A stretch of DNA of 39,005 bases from assembly GCA_046757525.1 (NCBI GenBank), contig JBHHYI010000018.1, forward strand, positions 1 through 39,005, given 5' to 3'. The stretch is from a bacterium. GTDB lineage: Bacteria > Zhuqueibacterota > Zhuqueibacteria > Oceanimicrobiales > Oceanimicrobiaceae. The translations under genes and the position numbers were made by a program. Positions 33,818-39,005 of the stretch are shown here, one piece after another; positions within the stretch are counted from its first letter, which is position 1; each line of letters starts with the position of its first letter. The notes beneath the pieces were generated by a model that saw only the letters and a program-made list of their open reading frames with translations, was not told the origin of the DNA and ran no database searches.

Positions 33818-35020
33818 TTGTTTCGCCACGTGCTCACATTTTTGCTGCTGTGTGTTTGCATGGGTGTTCCCGCGAGGAAGGTGCTGGCGCAACAAGGCGG
33901 GCGACCGCGAGCACGCGATTTAGGCGTGGTTGTAGGGGTCTTTCCAACTGGGAAGTATAACGCGATAACCGACGTTAAGGGAGTTCGCGTTGGACACGCC
34001 ACAGTGATCCAGGGTGACAGCATACACACGGGTGTGACCGCCATCATTCCCCAGGGTGGAGACTTGTACCGCGAGCCGGTGCCGGCCTGGATTCACGTCG
34101 GCAACGGGTACGGGAAACTCGTGGGTGAGACCCAGGTTCGGGAGTTCGGTGAGATCGAGACCCCCATCCTCCTGACCTGCACCCTTTGTGTGTGGAGCGC
34201 GGCCGAAGCTCTGGTCAATTATCTTCTGGCACAGCCGGGTGAGACGCAACACACGATCAATCCGATTGTGGGGGAAACCAATGACAGCCGGGTCAATGAT
34301 ATGTGGAGCGATCCGATCCGGCCTGAGCACGTGCGGGAGGCTTTGGAGAATGCCAGCGATGGGGTAGTCGAGGAGGGAAGCGTCGGAGCCGGTACGGGAA
34401 CCCGCGCGTTTAACTGGAAAGGCGGAATTGGCACCAGCTCGCGGGTGCTGCCCCGGTCGCTGGGAGGGTACACCGTAGGGGTGCTTGTCCAGACCAACTT
34501 TGGCGGGATGCTGAGCATCAATGGCGCGCCCGTGGGACGGGAACTGCGAGAATACGATTACAGGCAGGAGCTGGAGGCCGCCCGTGCAGCGCCGGAGGCG
34601 GCTCCCCAGGATGATGGCTCGATCATGATCGTCCTCGCCACGGATGCCCCCCTTGCGGCTTTGAACCTGGACAGATTGGCGCGCCGGGCAATCATGGGCC
34701 TCGCGCGCACAGGCTCTTTCGCGTCCAACAGCTCCGGCGATTATGTCATTGCCTTTTCCACGGCGAAAAGCGTGCGAAGACGCCGCTCCAGTGCCAAACC
34801 TTTGCCGACAGAATCGTTGTTGAACCCATCCATGTCTCCTCTGTTTGCGGCCACCGCAGAAGCGACCGAGGAAGCGATATACAACGCAATTTTTCGAGCA
34901 ACCACAGTATCGGGACGAGGGCGTACGCTGAAGGCCTTGCCTATTGACAGGACCGTTCAGATTCTGCGCAAATATAATGCGTTGAACTGGGACAAGGAAT
35001 TATCGCCTGGGCGACATTGA
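33818..35020 (+). CDS. dmpA: DmpA/BapA-like P1 (S58) family aminopeptidase, exported
   Basis: RPRARDLG, NAITDVKGVRVGH, NGYGK, EEGSVGAGTG, KGGIGTSSR, autoproteolysis site DG-SIMIVLATDAP, SGD. RBS AGGAGG before TTG 33818; signal peptide. Confidence 0.9.
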   Translation: MFRHVLTFLLLCVCMGVPARKVLAQQGGRPRARDLGVVVGVFPTGKYNAITDVKGVRVGHATVIQGDSIHTGVTAIIPQGGDLYREPVPAWIHVGNGYGKLVGETQVREFGEIETPILLTCTLCVWSAAEALVNYLLAQPGETQHTINPIVGETNDSRVNDMWSDPIRPEHVREALENASDGVVEEGSVGAGTGTRAFNWKGGIGTSSRVLPRSLGGYTVGVLVQTNFGGMLSINGAPVGRELREYDYRQELEAARAAPEAAPQDDGSIMIVLATDAPLAALNLDRLARRAIMGLARTGSFASNSSGDYVIAFSTAKSVRRRRSSAKPLPTESLLNPSMSPLFAATAEATEEAIYNAIFRATTVSGRGRTLKALPIDRTVQILRKYNALNWDKELSPGRH

Positions 35021-35109
35021 GTACGTATGGTCACAGATGTCGATCCATCCGCCATGTCGTAGTCCTCCCATGGATTTCGTAATTGCAGTTAGCTTCTACG
35101 TGAGTAAAC

Positions 35110-35175
35110 TGTCATTTCGAACCGAGGGAGAAATCTTTGTCCGTTCTAAACCAGATTTCTCCTTTCAGTCGAGAT
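35110..35175. repeat. TGTCATTTCGA-family palindromic element, copy C (right end eroded)
   Basis: TGTCATTTCGAACCGAG, then a perfect 10-bp IR GGAGAAATCT / AGATTTCTCC, then TCGAGAT. Confidence 0.7.
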
Positions 35176-35221
35176 TCCACTTCCTGCTTATTAATCTTAA
35201 TATCAAAAAGAAAGCGTAGAA

Positions 35222-36445
35222 ATGCCCAAAGAAATCATTGTACTTCTTGGACTCGGAATGCAAGGGAAGGCGGCCTTGTATGATCTTGTCAAGAATAGAG
35301 GTTCACAGATTATCGTTGCGGACAACAGCCCTGGTCTGGAAGGAGACCTCCGTCGCTACCCTGTGGACAGAGTCTCCAGTCGAAGAATAGATGCAACAGA
35401 CGAAGCTGAGCTTGCCTCGCTCATGCGTCATGCCGATGTGGTAATTGATTCTCTGCCCGGAGCATTTGCGCTTCCCATTCAAAAGCTTGCTGCGAAGCTG
35501 GGGGTTAGCCTTGTAAGCAGTATGTACAGTATCAATCCTGGGGAACAGGATGCCGAAAAAATTCGAACCCTTCAGGAAGAACTACACCAGGTTGACCGTA
35601 AAGCGAAAGAGAAAGGAGCCATAATACTCACCGAGTTTGGCATGGATCCGGGAATTGATCTTGTTCTGGGTGCCCAGGCCCTGAGTGAAATAGATGAAGT
35701 GCAAGAGTTCTATTCGTATGGTGCCGGTTTTCCAGCCCTGGATGCAGCTAATAATCCCATCAAATACAAGTTCAGTTGGTCGGTCATCGGAGTCATGCGA
35801 TCCTACCTTCGGCCCGCTAGGCTTATCTCCAAAGGAAAGGTCGTGGATATTGAGGCGAAGGAGATGTTCGCGCAGGAAAACAAGCACATTCTTGATCTGA
35901 AAGAGATAGGCGCCCCCCTGGAGTGTTATCCCAATGGAAACAGCGTAAAATACGCGGAGCTTTTTGGCCTCAGAGAAACCGTTCGCGAAATGGCGCGTTA
36001 CACCTGCCGCTGGCCCGGTCACGGTGCATTTTGGGAGATGATGGCGAAGGGCGGTTTTTTGGATGAAAAGCCCATAAGAGTCCGCGATATGTCAGTCTCA
36101 CCCGTTGAATTCACGGCGTCTCTATTGGGATCGCAACAACAATTTCACTACGCCAAAGACGAACAGGATATCGCGTTGATTCGTGTCGATGTCCGGGGGT
36201 TGGTAAGAGGAAAGAAAACGCGCGTTGTTTACCAGCTTATCGACCGGCGGGACCTTGAGACGGGCTTTACTGCAATGCAGAGAACGGTAGGTTTTACCAT
36301 GAGCCTCGGTGCGCAGTTAATCCTCAAAGGACGTTTGAAGAAACCGGGCCTTGTCTCTCCAATAGAAGTTCCCTTTGGCCTCGTAGTCCGAGGGCTGAAA
36401 AAACATGGAATGCAAATCTCTCGCCAGGAACTTTCATGGGAATAA
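35222..36445 (+). CDS. Saccharopine dehydrogenase / lysine 6-dehydrogenase family protein
   Basis: LLGLGMQG Rossmann motif, EFGMDPGID, YKFSWS, LECYPN, RYTCRWPGH, TAMQRTVG. Confidence 0.88.
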   Translation: MPKEIIVLLGLGMQGKAALYDLVKNRGSQIIVADNSPGLEGDLRRYPVDRVSSRRIDATDEAELASLMRHADVVIDSLPGAFALPIQKLAAKLGVSLVSSMYSINPGEQDAEKIRTLQEELHQVDRKAKEKGAIILTEFGMDPGIDLVLGAQALSEIDEVQEFYSYGAGFPALDAANNPIKYKFSWSVIGVMRSYLRPARLISKGKVVDIEAKEMFAQENKHILDLKEIGAPLECYPNGNSVKYAELFGLRETVREMARYTCRWPGHGAFWEMMAKGGFLDEKPIRVRDMSVSPVEFTASLLGSQQQFHYAKDEQDIALIRVDVRGLVRGKKTRVVYQLIDRRDLETGFTAMQRTVGFTMSLGAQLILKGRLKKPGLVSPIEVPFGLVVRGLKKHGMQISRQELSWE

Positions 36446-36465
36446 GATAAAAAAGTAGATTCTAA

Positions 36466-37884
36466 ATGAATATAGAAGCAAATTTGGGAGTTCTTTCCCT
36501 GCTACCGGTTGTTCTGGCGTTGGTACTGGCATTTATAACCAAAGACGCGGTGTTTTCGTTGCTCATCGGTTGCGTTGTTGGCGTAATCCTTGGTGGCTTT
36601 GATCCCGCAACCGGGCTATCAAGACTATTTCAGCAGGCCTTGGGGAATGGGGATTTCATCTGGGTTATGATGATCGAGATTGCTGTTGGGATATTAGTTG
36701 CGTTCTACATGAGGGCAGGGGTTATTTCAGCCTTTACCGAGTGGGCCTCGGACAAAATACGGTCAAGGCGGGGAGCTTCTGGTTTTGGCTGGCTCATGGG
36801 TGTTTTTGTTTTCTTCAGCGATTATTTCAGCCCTCTGTTCAGCGGACCCATTGTAAAACCATTGACGGACAAGCACAAAGTGTCCAGGGAGATGCTGGCC
36901 TACCTGCTGGACTCGGGGAGCGCCCCCGTTTGCACCCTCGTTCCATTGAGCGGCTGGGCCGTTTACATCGCCGGGCTTCTCAAGGGATATGGTCCCATCT
37001 CAACAGTTGAGGATGGTGTAAGTGTTTTTATCAAGGCCATTCCATACAATTTATATGGCTGGTTTGCCGTCATTTTGGCGGGTCTCATTGCCTATCAAAT
37101 CGTTCCTAACTTTGGACCGATGAAGAAGGCGGAACTGAGGGCAAAGGATGAGGGCAAGGTACTCCGGGATGGCGCTACTCCTCTGACGGGCGAGGAGATG
37201 GAGCTCATCAAACCCGTTAAGGGCAAGAAGACAAATATTATCGTTTACCTTGTGATCCCTGTGCTAATCATCATTGGCATTGCTCTGGGCACCTTTATTT
37301 TATTTCAAAGTACCAGGATTTTGGAGGCCTTTTTCGCGGCAGTGATGTATCAGGTAATTGCCATGTCCATTGGGAAATATTTCAAGAGCGTTAAGGAGGG
37401 TATGTCGGTCACCTTAAATGGCATAAAAGCGATTCTCCCAGCCATTCTCATCCTTGCTATGGCCTACTGTATCAATGCCATCTCCAAGTCGCTGGGTGCG
37501 CCGCAGTATATCATTTCGGTGACCGAGGCCTGGATGACTTCAGGCATGCTACCGGTCATCACCTTTATCACAGGCGCTCTCATTTCCTTCTTCACCGGGA
37601 CGTCCTGGGGGACCTATGCCATTCTCACCCCTTTTGTCATGCCTATTGCCATGAACCTGTCAGGCGGCAGTGTGTCAACTGTCGTTTTGGCAACGGTCGG
37701 AGCCATTATAGGGGGAGGTCTCTTTGGGGACCACTGCTCACCGGTATCCGATACGACCTGCCTGTCCTCCTTCGGCGCAGGTTCAGATCACATGGACCAT
37801 GTGTCGACCCAGTTGCCGTATGCCCTGGCATCTGGAGCACTATCCTGCATCGTGTTCATTATTATTGGCGGAATGGCCGTTTGA
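36466..37884 (+). CDS. NhaC-family transporter (probable amino-acid transporter, LysW-like)
   Basis: VSREMLAYLLDS, PLSGW, IPYNLY, FFTGTSWGT, FGDHCSPVSDTTCLSS, HMDHVSTQLPYA; many TM helices. Confidence 0.9.
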   Translation: MNIEANLGVLSLLPVVLALVLAFITKDAVFSLLIGCVVGVILGGFDPATGLSRLFQQALGNGDFIWVMMIEIAVGILVAFYMRAGVISAFTEWASDKIRSRRGASGFGWLMGVFVFFSDYFSPLFSGPIVKPLTDKHKVSREMLAYLLDSGSAPVCTLVPLSGWAVYIAGLLKGYGPISTVEDGVSVFIKAIPYNLYGWFAVILAGLIAYQIVPNFGPMKKAELRAKDEGKVLRDGATPLTGEEMELIKPVKGKKTNIIVYLVIPVLIIIGIALGTFILFQSTRILEAFFAAVMYQVIAMSIGKYFKSVKEGMSVTLNGIKAILPAILILAMAYCINAISKSLGAPQYIISVTEAWMTSGMLPVITFITGALISFFTGTSWGTYAILTPFVMPIAMNLSGGSVSTVVLATVGAIIGGGLFGDHCSPVSDTTCLSSFGAGSDHMDHVSTQLPYALASGALSCIVFIIIGGMAV

Positions 37885-37982
37885 CGGAAACTTCCGCAAA
37901 GTGGGTTGATTGTGCTATTAAGGTACTGGTCAGGAATCTGCATAAGGAAACAAAAGAGACCTCCTGTATACTTTACAGAAAA

Positions 37983-38789
37983 CTACGCCAGCCCCCTTAA
38001 CAAGTAGCCAATGAAGTATGCCACGACGGCTGTGGCGCCACCCACCAGTAGCATTTCCAGGCCTGACCGCCACCAGCGTTTTCCCGTTACATAGACTCGG
38101 AGCGAGCCGACACCAAAAATAGCGCAAAAAGTGAGCGCGATGGAGGTTGGGTAGGAGAATTGCGCGAGAAAAGGCACAAAATAAGATAAGACGTACGACA
38201 GGAGCGGCACAACGCCGACCAGCACAAAAGATACGAAGGTCATGAAACCAGCCACGAAAGGAGATTTTTGCTCAGGAATGATGTGGAGCTCTTCGAGGAG
38301 CATGGTATCCACCCACTGCTTCTTATCGCCAGTGATGACGTCCACGGCCCTTTCGAGAAGTTCGCCGGTGAATCCCTTGCGTTTGTAGATTTGACGGATT
38401 TCCTCTTTTTCTTCTTCGGGCAGACGCTCGATTTCCCATTCTTCACGAGAGCGCTCCCGTTTTTTGTATTCTAATTCGGATTTAGTGCCGAGATAATTGC
38501 CCACCGCCATGGAGAGTCCATCGGCGAACAAGTTGGCAAAACCTAAAATAAGAACAATGCCAGAAGAGAGTCCGGCGCCCGCCACGCCTGAAACCACAGC
38601 AAATGTGGTTACGATGCCGTCGATGGCGCCGTAGACGATATCGCCGATGAATTGGCCCTTTCCCTTGTCGTGAATGTTGGGTTCGTCTAACGACTCCTGG
38701 ATGGCCTGGGCCGAGTGGGCTTCCCGGGTGGCTTCCAGGTCTAAACTCGAGTAGGCCTGGCGCGCATGTTGCAATCGGTTCTTAGACAA
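37983..38789 (-). CDS. VIT1/CCC1-family Fe/Mn transporter
   Basis: DIVYGAIDGIVTTFAVVSGVAGA, ANLFADGLSMAVGNYL, Glu-rich cytoplasmic loop. TTG 38789 has the RBS GGAAGGGA; the ORF opens at 38894. Confidence 0.92.
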   Translation of the reverse strand: MSKNRLQHARQAYSSLDLEATREAHSAQAIQESLDEPNIHDKGKGQFIGDIVYGAIDGIVTTFAVVSGVAGAGLSSGIVLILGFANLFADGLSMAVGNYLGTKSELEYKKRERSREEWEIERLPEEEKEEIRQIYKRKGFTGELLERAVDVITGDKKQWVDTMLLEELHIIPEQKSPFVAGFMTFVSFVLVGVVPLLSYVLSYFVPFLAQFSYPTSIALTFCAIFGVGSLRVYVTGKRWWRSGLEMLLVGGATAVVAYFIGYLLRGLA

Positions 38790-39005
38790 TTTTCCCTTCC
38801 AGTTTGATTGGATTCTGTTGTTAAAACAAGATAATAGAACTTTCTGGACTAACTTGCAAGCGAAAAATCGCGTAGATCGGTAGCTTTCGTCCAAATGTCA
38901 AAACATTTGGATCCACTTATCTGGGGTTAAAGATTGGCCATTCTTCTTTGAAAGGCGATAACCGAGCCGACGATCAGCAGCAGAGTTCCAAGCCACAAGA
39001 TGTTC

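Noticed and set aside
35021..35221. Lysine riboswitch or the 60-aa ORF before the dehydrogenase
   Set aside because: There are no L-box motifs, and the ORF runs through repeat copy C with no RBS.

Overview
A 39 kb gene-dense window from a diderm bacterium. The PorV-family gene, T9SS-like C-terminal domain and FecR/STN receptor suggest an FCB-type lineage such as KSB1, Calditrichota or Ignavibacteria (inference). In order, it contains: (1) a GT2 / SAM-methyltransferase / radical SAM-Twitch / UPF0104 envelope glycosylation operon; (2) a minus-strand operon of TonB-dependent receptor, 1.2k-aa acidic secreted protein and PorV-family protein, with a MntA-HepT toxin-antitoxin pair spliced into it; (3) a four-gene operon behind a sigma54-like promoter that looks like an uncharacterised synthase-dependent exopolysaccharide system (TPR-beta-barrel, TPR-3TM-PIG-L deacetylase, ATP-grasp ligase, GT2 synthase fused to a glycoside-hydrolase-like barrel), which is the best candidate for a novel system; (4) a PAP2 phosphatase; (5) a 1540-aa secreted SdrD-B/IPT/beta-helix protein; (6) an FqrB/YpdA-like flavoprotein reductase; (7) an N-terminally truncated ECF sigma, FecR, STN-TonB receptor, DmpA peptidase, saccharopine/lysine dehydrogenase and NhaC-family transporter; (8) a VIT1/CCC1 transporter. 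Several intergenic palindromic repeats of the TGTCATT...AATGACA type lie in gene leaders. No rRNA, tRNA, CRISPR array or transposase was seen. All protein family calls come from motif recognition by eye, not from database searches.
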